Shown here piece after piece: positions 25,780 through 37,661 of a stretch of 64,000 nucleotides of DNA (position 1 is its first letter; each line of letters opens with the position of its first letter). Both the position numbers and the translations under genes were made by a program. The notes beneath the pieces were generated by a model, which searched no databases, was not told where the DNA came from, and saw only the letters and a program-made list of their open reading frames with translations. The stretch is from Geosiphon pyriformis uo1 (lineage: Eukaryota > Fungi > Glomeromycota): positions 70,715-134,714 of the forward strand of contig JAAOMT010000664.1 of assembly GCA_016748015.1 (NCBI GenBank), given 5' to 3'.

Positions 25780-27320
25780 TTTTTTTTTAATTTATTGTTT
25801 AATGAGTGCAATTCAAAAGCTACCTAGCATAATACATCAAACTAAGTGATTTAATTTAGGTGCTAATCATGTGTTTTCTATATGTAACTAGTCATTTGAA
25901 TCAATCAAAAACACACTATATTGAAGCTTTAAAAGAAAACTTACCCAAAGAAAGCATCTTCTAAACAATACTAAACAAAGTAATACTATTAAGAACCAAT
26001 TCAACCAGTTATTTAGCTGTTTTCAAGAGATCAGTTTTGATATAAACAGATTCATAAGTCCAAAGAGACATCAAGTTAGAAAATATATTATTATCTACAC
26101 CAATTAGATATTCCAAATTACCAGACATATTAATATCTTTCATGCAGCATTTTTTTTTCAAAAAGATTATCTCTCTTTTCAGTTTATCAACAATCTTATT
26201 AAAGAAATCTATATGCACCAAAACTTCATTGATCCTAAGACCAAGAGCATTACTTGAAACCAAATTATCATTAATAAACTGTTCAAAAATTGTAACCAAA
26301 GAACCAATAGGCTTAACAATAGACTCAACCAAAGCAAAAAACTTAGTTAAATCAAATTCCAAAGAAGACAATCAAAACAGCACTAAAAGATTACCAACAA
26401 CAATTGGAGAAAAAGCAAAAAGTAACAGAGGTAGAAACCCAGAGGAGCTCAAGAGAGTAAAAGTCTTAACATAAAACTTAGAACCAATAAAATGTGGTGT
26501 AAACATCTTGAGAAACTTGGAAAAGAGAAGTAGAGAAACTTTATAGTCCACAGCCAGATGATTTAATTCTTGATACTTGAAACAATGATAACAACCAGGA
26601 GTTTCTCACCAAATATGGCATTTCTTCAATGTATCAGTTTTGACAATAGCAAAATTTAAATTAGCTTGGAAACCAAATATAACCAGAGCAAACTGAAAAT
26701 GATGACCAAATTTAAAAGAACAAGAGATAAAACATGTTTGACTACTAACTTAAGAAATCATATCACTAATTTCAAAAGCTGTGTATTTAAAAAGAAGATT
26801 GACCAACTTGGCCTTAAACTTATTATGAAACAAAATAGTCTTATTTTGATTCATTAGAAGGAGGATTTTAACACTATCTTTGCCCACCAAGACTGACCAA
26901 TAATTCAAAACAGATATAGCAGAGTTCAACTTCTCAAAATAAACTACTATATACTATCAAATGCCAGCAGGCTTCAGTACAATACAAGCAACACTACCAA
27001 ATACATTGAAAGCTGTCTTAATTTTAGTAGCAGACATATCTAAGAGCACATCATGCAGTGCAATAGCAGCAAAAGAAGAACCAGACTCAGAAACCATCAA
27101 AGACTTGGTAATTTTAAGAGTGGCCAAATGTACAAAACATGTAGGCTCAACCAAAAATGCAGTTTCTAAAGACACTTGAGAAGCAAACTCTACACAAAAC
27201 AGCTTCACATTGTCTTTTAATACTGATTTTGCATTCAAAAACCATGTATTGACTAAAAAACAGCCTTAATATGAACCAATTTAATTTTAAAAGTAGCACT
27301 AAGCATTAAGTAAAGACCAC
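25780..27320 (-). mobile_element. ORF1-only non-autonomous LINE derivative (HAL1-like), 3' segment with degenerate RRM+CCHC ORF1, LINE-type 3' UTR and poly(A)
   Basis: RRM-like segments (KLFCVEFASQVSLE; ALHDV..DMS..IKTAF.VFG), degenerate knuckle C-FK-Y-QELN-H-LAVD-Y at ~26545-26585, stop at 25916, 3' UTR aligns with LINE 8774-8918, T-run 25780-25788. Confidence 0.75.
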
Positions 27321-28090
27321 TGTTACAGATGATTATTTGGGTCTCAAAGCAAATAACAAATCCATAACTTGGTGCTTAATTGGTACTCTGGCATAGATAT
27401 CTGAAGGTTTTATTGATCTGAAGATTTGTGGTAAAGTCCTTTGTATGATAAACAGAGATTTAGCAATTGTTTTCAATAGCCTTCTGAAATTGCAATTCCG
27501 TCAAATTTTTTTCTCAGCATGGTGGCCAGTAATTCTCCTGGTAAGCTATTCTCAAATCTATGAGTGTTTTACCCTTGTTTCACAGGTTTTTTACCAGTCA
27601 CTATGATGTCTGTATCTTAGTGCTTAATTCTTAATCAATTTAGTAAAATTACAGAAATAACAAAAGAAATAAAATAAAAGAAAATAAAATAAAAAAATAA
27701 CAAAAGCAATTGCAAATTAATATCCTGCCAATAGCCATGATCAAGAGCTATTATTCCAGTATGATTAAGTATCAATTACTATCAACATGAAGTGTTGATA
27801 GTGGGAGTAGATTTGAGATAGAGAATAATTATTTATTGATATTTGTGGATGGGAAGATCACTTAGATAAAATCTAAACTGAAAGGTTTGTCTTTTCTATT
27901 TCTAATGCTACCATTATATATACATAATTTGGGTTCTATGAGATCACTCACATTTTTAAATGATGTGCTATAATTTCTTAAGCAATGCTCACATTGCTTA
28001 GCAATGTGTCATATTTTCTTGACATTGTTCTATATTGCTGAGTAATGTGCTGTGATTTTTGATATTGCTCTATATTGCTAAGCAATGTGC
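27321..28090 (-). repeat. 3' LTR of element B, segment 1 (continues at 37576-37648)
   Basis: aligns with 45939-46703; interrupted by element A at GTGC. Confidence 0.92.
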
Positions 28091-29068
28091 TGTTACTAGA
28101 CAAAATTAGAGATATCATTTAGCATGAAACTATCTCATAATTCCTATCATTAATTAGCATATATTATCATTTCAAATTATCACTTATTATATTAGCAAAA
28201 AATGTCCAAAATTATCATTTAATTAATAACCCAAATTGTACACAACACAAATGTAACCTAATTGCAATGATCAATCATGCAATACCCCGAACTATGTAAC
28301 ATTCAAAAGTTCGCCGAAATTCATAGAAATTTGCCGAAATAATTGATAGTTCACTGAAATATTTAATAGTTCGCAGAAATAACTTGTAATTCGCTGAAAT
28401 GTATCTTTAGTTCAGCAAAATTGTAGAAAATAGCAAAGTTCAAGTTCATAGAATAGTGTTACAACAAGTTGTATAAAAGAAGAGCTTCTCTCTTCGAGAA
28501 AATGTATCTTACTTTAGATTTATCTCTTAAAACCATTCCTATACACACAAAAAGAAATAAATATCAAATAATTCGAAAAACCAAATTCTTTAATTATTGT
28601 ACTTGGAAAATCCCCAAAACCCAACTAACATTTTCAAAATTGATTAGCTACCAATTTCAGTAAACTGTTAGTGACTCCAGGCCTGGATAGAAAACGTTTT
28701 CCTTAATAAAATTCCTATTTCTTTTTACATTTCTTTTATTTTTTTCTTTTATTATTATAATCATTAGGGTAGCCTACAGACAAAATTCCTGTAGAAGAGT
28801 TGACTTTCACAGCAAAGTAACTACATTTTTAGTGAGCTTTCAGACAAGCAATTCCTGGGAAAGAGTTGACGTTTACTACAACATAACTACATAAAGTAAC
28901 TGGCAAAGAATTGGCCATTCCACTTATAAGCCCAGCAGTTCAAATTATAGGAGATAATTTGAAGATAAATTCAGTTACTGGAGGTTCAACCACATCCAGA
29001 AAACGTAAATTCACAGCAAATAAGTATCAACAACATTACAGAAAAGAGACCAAAAACCTCCGGTAACA
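28091..29068 (+). repeat. 5' LTR of element A
   Basis: direct repeat of 36618-37575; TATA-like GTATAAAA ~28471. Confidence 0.95.
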
Positions 29069-29113
29069 TTTGGTGCTCTCCCATGGAAACAACACAGCAA
29101 AAACAACTTCAAA

Positions 29114-31290
29114 GTGGCGACCACACCAGACACAACAATTCTAAAGTATTACCAACCAATTTACACCCACTGCAAGCAAAGATTCAACATTCCAGACGGA
29201 ATTGAAGTTGTCAAGAAATCAGTATACCAATACATTGAAAACCGCATCAACAATTATCTTTTTGGAAATTACAATATCTCAAAAGTTAGAAGCAACCTTT
29301 ACAATAATTTAGCACACTATTTACAGTTGGGAACTGAAGACCTTAATAGTGAAACACTTGCCACTTACTTTCACGAACTTAATTTTAACATTATCAAATA
29401 CTGTGAAGAAACATATCCAGTACAGTCTCAATACANNNNNNNNNNNNNNNNNNNNCAAAGATTCAACATTCCAGACGGAATTGAAGTTGTCAAGAAATCA
29501 GTATACCAATACATTGAAAACCGCATCAACAATTATCTTTTTGGAAATTACAATATCTCAAAAGTTAGAAGCAACCTTTACAATAATTTAGCACACTATT
29601 TACAGTTGGGAACTGAAGACCTTAATAGTGAAACACTTGCCACTTACTTTCACGAACTTAATTTTAACATTATCAAATACTGTGAAGAAACATATCCAGT
29701 ACAGTCTCAATACATTATTGATTTTGAATCGGAAACAGAAACAAGCAACAAAGACAAAAACAAATTAAAGCAATATTCAAGAACCATCCCAAATACTCTA
29801 ACACTACCGAAAACAACTGCCAAACATTTACAAACACCTGAACAGGGAACCAGTTCAAAACTTCCACTTACTATTACACTTTTTCCAGCTTCACTTGCAC
29901 AAGCACAAACATCTAATTCACCCTTGAATTGATTTGCAAAACCAGAAGATTTTACATCACTCAGAAGTCCTACCAGACAACAAGAACCCCTTCAAACTAG
30001 TTCCAATCTCCTTGATTTTCTAGCTAAAAATCAAAGTGAACACTCTGAGACAGCAGCAAACAAAGAAAACAACTCTGAAATAACCGAAGAAAAATCAATA
30101 AACAGTGAAAACAAAGAAGACGAAATGACAACATACATTGCAAAAATCCCTGAATTCAATGGAGAAGATATTGAGACCAGTCCCCAAGAATGACTCGACC
30201 AAGTTACTAAAGCTGAAGATGCAAATGGATGGAATGCTGCTAGAATGTTAAGAACAATACCCTACTTTCTCAAAGGAATAGCAGGAGAATAGTTTGAAAA
30301 CCTTGCCGCCCCATTCAATGATTGGAATGCTTTCAAAGCAGCCTTCCTTAAACAGTTCACCAACAATAATACCTCCATCACTCTTCGCAATCGTTTTCGA
30401 AATATCAAACAAGAACTCTCCGAATCTATTATGACTTATATTGGGAAATTCAACAAACTTCTCAAACGGATTTGCCAACTCGAGACAAACAATTATTATT
30501 CTGATGCTCAAATCTTGGATCAATTTATCACTGGTCTAAAAGATAAACTAATTAAAAAAGTTCACCTACACGCACCAGAAGATTTAAACTCTGCCATACA
30601 GCATGCGAAAAAATACGAAATGGTCATGGAAGAAACCAATTGTACAAAACTTGTAAATTTGGCAATTGGAGAAACCAGCTCAGCAGCTGAGAAAAAAATT
30701 GACCAACTCACAAAGAAGGTCGAAAACTATTTTACCAACCAACAACAACAACAACCCCAAAGATATCAACCACTCCAAAGACGAAATCAAAATAACTTTG
30801 CACCACTTTCCAATAACCAGCCCCAGAATTGCCATTACTGTGGAATCTCTGGCCACTGGAAAAGAGATTGCAGAAAGCTGCAACAAGACCAACAAAATAA
30901 GGGTAATTAATATTACTCTCCACTACAGCAATTTTATTATCAATCATCACCACCAGCTTACTATCCACCAAGACCCCAATACCAAAATAACTATTATCAG
31001 CCCGCCCCACAACCAATCCAACAGCAATACCAACAACCACCCACCCAACATTATCAAGTACCTGCTCGAAGACTGATTACACAAAATCAATTTACACCAC
31101 AAAACCGATACCAAGTAAACAACAGTAGAATTAGTTCGAACAACCAATTGGTTCCCCGAAATACCACTCAAACAAGACCCAACCATTACCACACTCAACC
31201 CAGTTATTTAACAATGCCGGAAGAACAGGATTTTTACCATACTGTACTCTCGGAAGGTAGAGCTGCAGCAACAACAACGAAACTCTTCTC
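29114..31290 (+). pseudogene. gag: gag of element A (long N-terminal domain, capsid, CCHC knuckle, Q/P/Y-rich tail)
   Basis: IPEFNGEDI..SPQEW.D.V, W.AFKAAFL..F, CHYCGISGHWKRDC; several premature stops; includes an assembly gap. Confidence 0.88.
29436..29455. other. assembly gap flanked by an exact 259-bp duplication (29177-29435 = 29456-29714)
   Basis: N run with identical sequence on both sides. Confidence 0.9.
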
Positions 31291-32744
31291 ATAACCACAC
31301 CATTATTTCACCAGCCCGAATTGTTGAAAACGCCAATCTTTCTGATATCTTTCCTTTTGAATTTGAAGCAAATGAATCACCATTTTTGCTTAGCAATGCA
31401 GCGGCTAATGAGCAAAAAGCCATCACTGCAATGTACACAGAAGCTAAAGTAGAAGGAAAGCCAATTCGCTTGATCCTAAACAGTAGATCTGCCGGAAGCA
31501 TTATTACCTACCAGTTAATGCAACAGTTGAAAAGAAATGTCAACCAACCAGCTCAAACAGTAATCGTCACTGCCGATGGCATGAAAAAGACCCCAGTAGG
31601 AGAAATTGACAATTTTCCATTCACTCTTGATGGAATCACCATTCCAGTTAAAGTTCTTGTAATAGACGCACCTCAGTATCAAGCTCTTGTCGGAAATGAT
31701 TGGCTTCAAGAAACCAATGCTAATCTGAATTGGGAAACACAAGAGTTAACAATCTCCTACCAAGGACAACATGCCCGGGTATCTGCCATTTGTGGTACAT
31801 TCAACAAATGCTCTGAAAAAGCCCCAGCTTTTGAATTTGAACCAGAAGAAAAAAAACCAATACTCGAAACATTTATGGCTCTTGGATTAACATCCAACTG
31901 GGCCGATGAAACAGAACAAGAACATTTTACCCCATACACTAAACCCGAAACCGCTGGATGGAATATACCTTACTCAAAACCCGAACCAAGAAAACAATGC
32001 CCCTATATTCCCCTTAAATATAAGGACTGCCACAAGAAACTATTGTCAATGGGAGCCTGCATTTCACCTGAAGAAAAATATGAGAATCATACTTGTTATT
32101 ACTGCAAGGCTTGCCACAGAGAGTGATGGGGCTATCTAATAAAAAGGAGCGGAAAATGGGACAACACCCTTTGTTTGACTTGTGGAGATATGCTACCAGA
32201 AGAATGCAATTGGATTGATATAGCAATGAGAAGAGGCATCTGTGATCAGACCTGCCAATATGCTTTATCAATTTCAGAAAAAGTAAAAAGAGGAACACCC
32301 TTTAATGCAGCATACAACAGTGCTCTCAACAAACTTTATCACTACCCTCATAATGCTGAGATGATTTTCGACTTAAAAATGGCATTAATTAATGGAGCTA
32401 CCAAAGAAGATGTTCATTAAATGAAGGAAGCAGAATACATTGAATACACTATGGAATTAGCTGGATTCAATTACGAAGATGAAGTAGAAGTCTATCACCA
32501 AATTGCAAGTCATACCTACTCGACCCAAGAAGCTCAAATTCAACGATTAGAGCAAATAAACATTAGGCTATGTGAAGAATGCATTATGTCTTGCGATAAA
32601 CAATGGTGTCTTGAATGCTATGCTCTTAGTATACCCTTGCCCAGTGAAAATGATGAGAATGAAATTAAATTCGGAGAACCTGAAGAAACAGAAGAAATTG
32701 AAACAACACCCATCTACCTTATCAAAAATCAGCCTGCCTTACAA

Positions 32745-33170
32745 CTTAAATACTTCAACAACAATGAACAAGAAATAAAACCTGAAAAAGCACACAAAAT
32801 TGATGCTGGATATGACCTAAGATACCTAGGCAAGGATACTCTTGTTCTCAAACCTAAATCTCTTACAAAAATCAACCTTAAAATTGCATTCGAAATCCTG
32901 CCAGGAGCAATGGTTCAAATCGCCTCCCGGTCCTCTTTGGCAAGCAAAGAAATCAATGTCAGAGGAGGAATAATCGATGCTGGATATACTGGAGACATAA
33001 CAGTGATGCTTCAAAATGAAACTGACAAACCATTCAAGATCAAACATGCTGAAAAAATTGTCCAAGCTATTTACTTACCCTTAATCAACATTTCCAGTTT
33101 GCAACTAGTCCATCAAAGAGAACAATTAGGAAAAAGCAATAGAGGAACCCAAGGTTTTGGTTCAACTGGA
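32745..33170 (+). CDS. dut: dUTPase domain inside pol of element A (between PR and RT), reading frame open
   Basis: all five motifs: DAGYDL, ASRSSL, GGIIDAGYTG, EKIVQ, RGTQGFGSTG. Confidence 0.93.
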
Positions 33171-34609
33171 CGATTCACAGTTCCAGTTAATATAGCTCTT
33201 AACACACAGAATGAATCCTACCAGATTCTCAGACTTCCACAACTGATTACTATCTCACCCTTTGGAGAACATCTGGAAATCTACACCTGCCCAAAGTCAA
33301 CAACCACACAACAAATTTTTGAGTCCAATGAACAAGTTTGCTTGGAACATAATATTTCGATCCCAAACATTTATATTCCAGAAGAAACAAAGAAAGTCCA
33401 AGTTACTTTTTACAACCCCAATAATTACCCCATAATTTTATTAAATAATTTAGAAATTGGAGTTATTCACAGTAATATATTTCAACAAGAATTACCCCAA
33501 ATAGTTTCCAATTTCTCTAAAATTATTGGACATTCAATACCAAAAACCAACCCAAACTTCAGCTCCGAAAACTACCATGTTGTCATGGAAAAACTATCTC
33601 GAATCAACATGGGACAACTTGAACCACAACAACAGACCCAGCTCAAAGAGCTAATTGTAGAATTTGCTGACATCTTTGCCGAAAACAACAATGACTTAGG
33701 AAGAACTGATTTGGTTCAACACCAAATCTATACAGGAGATACCAAACCAAGGCAACAACAAGCCTACTGAGTTGTCCCAGAAAGTCACCAATTTATCCGA
33801 GAAGAAGTACAACAGATGCTTAACAATGAGCTTATTCAATCATCAATGAGCCCATGGGTCTCACCTGTGGTCCTAATTAAAAAGAAAAATGGAAAAATAC
33901 AATTTTGTGTTGATTACCGACAACTCAACAGTGTCACCATTGGGGATGCCTACCCTCTTCTCCGAATTGATAACATGTTGGATGCCCTTGAAAAGTCCAA
34001 ATACTTTTCAACATTAGATTTAGAGAGTGGATACTAACAAGTTGCTATGGATCCCAAAGACCACCCCAAAACAGCATTCACCACTCAAGAAGAAAATTAC
34101 GAGTTCAATGTAATGCCTTTTGGATTATGCAATGCACCAGCAACATTCCAAAGACTCATGGATGTTGTTTACAAAGGCCTCTTTTGGAAATCAGTAGTAG
34201 TTTATCTCAATGACACTGATGTTTATTCACCATCTTTCGAGCTACATTTAATCCACCTGTAAGAAGTTTTTCAACGATTACGGAAAGCAGGATTGAAACT
34301 GAACATTGAAAAATGCTACTTCAAAAAAACAAGTTTAGCTTTTCTTGGTTACATTGTTAGCAAAGATGGAATTAAACCAGACCCCAGAAAAATCAGTACT
34401 GTCAAGAACTTCAAGACTCCATAAAATACCACAGAATTAAGAGGATTTATTGGATTAGCATCCTATTACCGAAAATTCATCAAAGAATTCTCAGAAATTG
34501 CAAAACCCCTCAACCAGCTCACTACTAAAAATGTCGAATACAAATGGACAGAAGAACACCAAAATGCCTTTGAGATACTTAAGGAAAAACTCACAACAGC
34601 TCCAATCCT

Positions 34610-34680
34610 NNNNNNNNNNNNNNNNNNNNNNNNNNNNNNNNNNNNNNNNNNNNNNNNNNNNNNNNNNNNNNNNNNNNNNN
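34610..34680. other. assembly gap where RNase H and the start of integrase should be
   Basis: N run; flanks jump from LTTAPI (end of RT) to the integrase zinc-finger region. Confidence 0.9.
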
Positions 34681-35929
34681 CCACCCAAAGAACACTAGAA
34701 TACTACTTTTGGCCTCGAATGAGAAAAGACATTCATGAATATGTCGAATCTTGTGATAGTTGTCAAAGAAGAGGAGAAACTCGCCCTACAGAACCTTTAA
34801 ATTCAATCAAAGTTGGACAGCCTTTTGACAGAGTTGGTATCGATTTAGTCAGACCACTATCTATCACCACTCAAGGAAACCGTTATATTGCAGTAGCTGT
34901 AGACTATCTTACTAAATGGCCTGAAGCCAGAGCCATTCAATGAGCAGATGCAAAATCAGTAGCAAATTTCATCTACGAAGACATCATTTGTAGACATGAA
35001 TGTCTAATTGAACTTTTATCCAATCAGGGAACACACTTTGTGAACAACCTGATACAAGAAATTTGTGAATGATTCAGTGTCAAAAGACTTCTGTCTTTGC
35101 CTTACCATTCACAAACAAATGAACTTGTGGAACATTTTAACAGAACATTGTGTGAGTCATTAGCCAAAGTCTCAACCGATTTTGGGCAAGAATGAGATCT
35201 CTTTATTCCATCAGTGTTACTAGCATATAGGACATTAAAACAAAATACCACGAAACACACACCATTTGATTTAACTTATGGAAGGATGACAACGTTACCA
35301 ATTAGTTTCACAGTGGAAACATACCCAGCACAACCGATCGATAAAAACAATTTCCAAAAAATGCTTCAGCGAAGAGCCTACACTCTGCTTAGCACATTGG
35401 AAAGAAAATGACAAATAGCAGCCACCCATATTGAACACTCCCAAGCTCAACAAAAAGAATGGCATGATGACAAATTGTCTTCAGTCACTAATAAATTCAA
35501 AATTGGAAACAAAGTTCTCTTACACAGAACTAAAGCTGAAAAACAATGGAGTGGAAAATTTGAAAATAAATGGGATGGACCATTCTTTATCCATGAAGTC
35601 CTAGACAATGAATCATACAAGCTAAGACTTGATGACAAAATCCTAGCAAAAGTTGCACATAGAGATTATTTGAAACACTATCATTCCAGAAACAATCCTG
35701 AACTATTAATTTCACAAATTGGTACACATTCCCCTTTGATCAGTCCCGAAGATATTCCCCGAAACTTAGAACCAATAGTTGTCATTGAACAACCTTTCAA
35801 CTTGAACACTTAATTTAATTTTACTAGTTATTCTCTTATAATTTAGAACAATCTCACAAAAACAAAACAAAAATAACATAAAAACCCATAAACCAAAAAT
35901 AAATTTTTATTTTTTTTCAAGTGCTTATA

Positions 35930-36649
35930 ATGACTATTACTCAAAACATTCAACAATTATCCCAAAAACTAATGTTAGCTTTAAAAACAATACCCGAATT
36001 ATTCATTACTGTTACTGAAAACCACATAAATTATACCCAAACAGAAGTAGTTACAAATTTAGCCCCAAATTTACGAAAATATCACCCATATAAAAAGAAC
36101 ACAAGAAGTTATACTGGAATTCACCTGCCAGAACTTTTAAAGCTTGCTTTAAGAGAAAACCTAATGCTCACTCCGATTAGTATCCCACCAAATGCTACAA
36201 GTCAACAAAAACTTCAACTGTGTCTCAATGAGAAAAACACTGAATATCCTCCAATCTATAGATATTTTCACATTGGAAAAACACTCTATGAATGGAAACT
36301 GGAACTTACAACAGCAAACCTCACAAAAGAAGCTATTCAGAAACAACTCCACAATGAATTCAAGACAACAGCTGGATCAACAAACAGTCACTATAGGCTT
36401 AGATCTGCTCTTAGACTTTATGACCTATTCCACACCTGTGAAAACGTACTACAAAACCCAATTTTTCAACCTTTGAAGATTTAATACATTGGAAAGCTTA
36501 CAGAACTGAAATTTCAACAATTTTCAGACCAAATTTCTTCAATAATTTTGGATTATTATCTGGAAATAACAGACAGTACTTGGACTTCGACAGAGCTCAG
36601 TTTTGAGGAGGAGGTTATGTTACCAGACGAAATTAGAGATATCATTTAG
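35930..36649 (+). pseudogene. ORF3 of element A (240 codons, one internal TAA), env position, unknown function
   Basis: ATG 35930 preceded by a T-tract+CAAG acceptor; runs through the PPT into the 3' LTR; homologous motifs in B, C, D and E. Confidence 0.75.
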
Positions 36650-37575
36650 CATGAAACTATCTCATAATTCTTATCATTAATTAGCATATATTATTGTTTC
36701 AAATTATCACTTATTACATTAGCAAAGAATGTCCAAAATTATCATTTAATTAATAACCCAAATTGTACACAACACAAATGTAACCTAATTGTAATGATCA
36801 ATCATGCAATACTCCAAACTATGTAACATTCAAAAGTTTGCCGAAATTCATAGAAATTCACCGAAATAATTGATAGTTCACTGAAATATCTAATAGTTCG
36901 CAAATGTATTTTTAGTTCAGCAAAATTGTAGAAAATAGCAAAGTTCAAGTTCATAGAATAGTGTTATAACAAGTTATATAAAAGAAAAGCTTTTCTCTTC
37001 AAGAAAATGTATCTTACTTTAGATTTATCTCTTAAAACCGTTCCTATACACACAAAAATAAATAAATATCAAATAATTCGAAAAACCAAATTCTTTAATT
37101 ATTGTACTTAGAAAATTCTCAAAACCCAACTAACATTTTTGAAATTGATTAGCTACCAATTTCAGTAAACTGTTAGTGACTCCAGGCCTGAATAGAAAAT
37201 GTTTTCTTTGATAAAATTCCTATTTCTTTTTACATTTCTTTTATTTATTTTTATTATTATTATAATCATTAGGGTAGCCTACAGACAAGATTCCTGTAGA
37301 AAAGTTGACTTTCACAGCAAAGTAACTACACATTTTTAGTGAGCTTCCAAATGAGCAATTCTTGGGAAAGAGTTAACGTTTATTACAATGTAACTACATA
37401 AAGTAACTGGCAAGGAATTGGCCATTCCACTTATAAGCCCAGCAGTTCAAATTATAGGAGATAATTTGAAGATAAATTCAGTTACTGGAGGTTCAACCAC
37501 ATCCAGAAAACGTGAATTCACAGCAAATAAGTATCAACAACATTACAGAAAAGAGACCAAAAACCTCTGGTAACA
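36618..37575 (+). repeat. 3' LTR of element A
   Basis: direct repeat of 28091-29068, lacking about one U3 repeat unit. Confidence 0.95.
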
Positions 37576-37661
37576 GTGCTTATGTGCTAACTATTACTTT
37601 CTTATTGGCCTACTATTTTTTATATCTGTTTTCTTTTTATGAATAACATTATTTTTTCTTT

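Larger units (their letters stand above)
31386..35813 (+). pseudogene. pol: pol of element A: PR, Cys-rich domain, dUTPase, dUTPase-like remnant, RT, (RNase H lost in gap), integrase
   Basis: LILNSRSAGS (degenerate DSG), SPWVSPVVL, FCVDYRQLN, MPFGLCNAPATFQR, YLND, CDSCQ, IGIDLV, WDGPF; many transition-derived stops. Confidence 0.93.
28091..37575 (+). mobile_element. full-length Ty3/gypsy element A (distinct family, same domain order)
   Basis: LTRs 28091-29068 and 36618-37575 (TG...CA); TSD GTGC at 28087-28090 and 37576-37579; PBS TGGTGCTCTC at 29071; PPT GAGGAGGAGG at 36605-36614. Confidence 0.96.

Noticed and set aside
29177-29714. tandem duplication in the Gag N-terminus
   Set aside because: two identical 259-bp copies separated by a 20-N gap; typical scaffolding overlap artefact
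31260-31300. programmed gag-pol frameshift in element A
   Set aside because: no clear slippery heptamer; a 1-nt indel in a CAA run of a decayed copy is a simpler explanation
34610-34680. apparent loss of RNase H in element A
   Set aside because: the missing part coincides with an N gap
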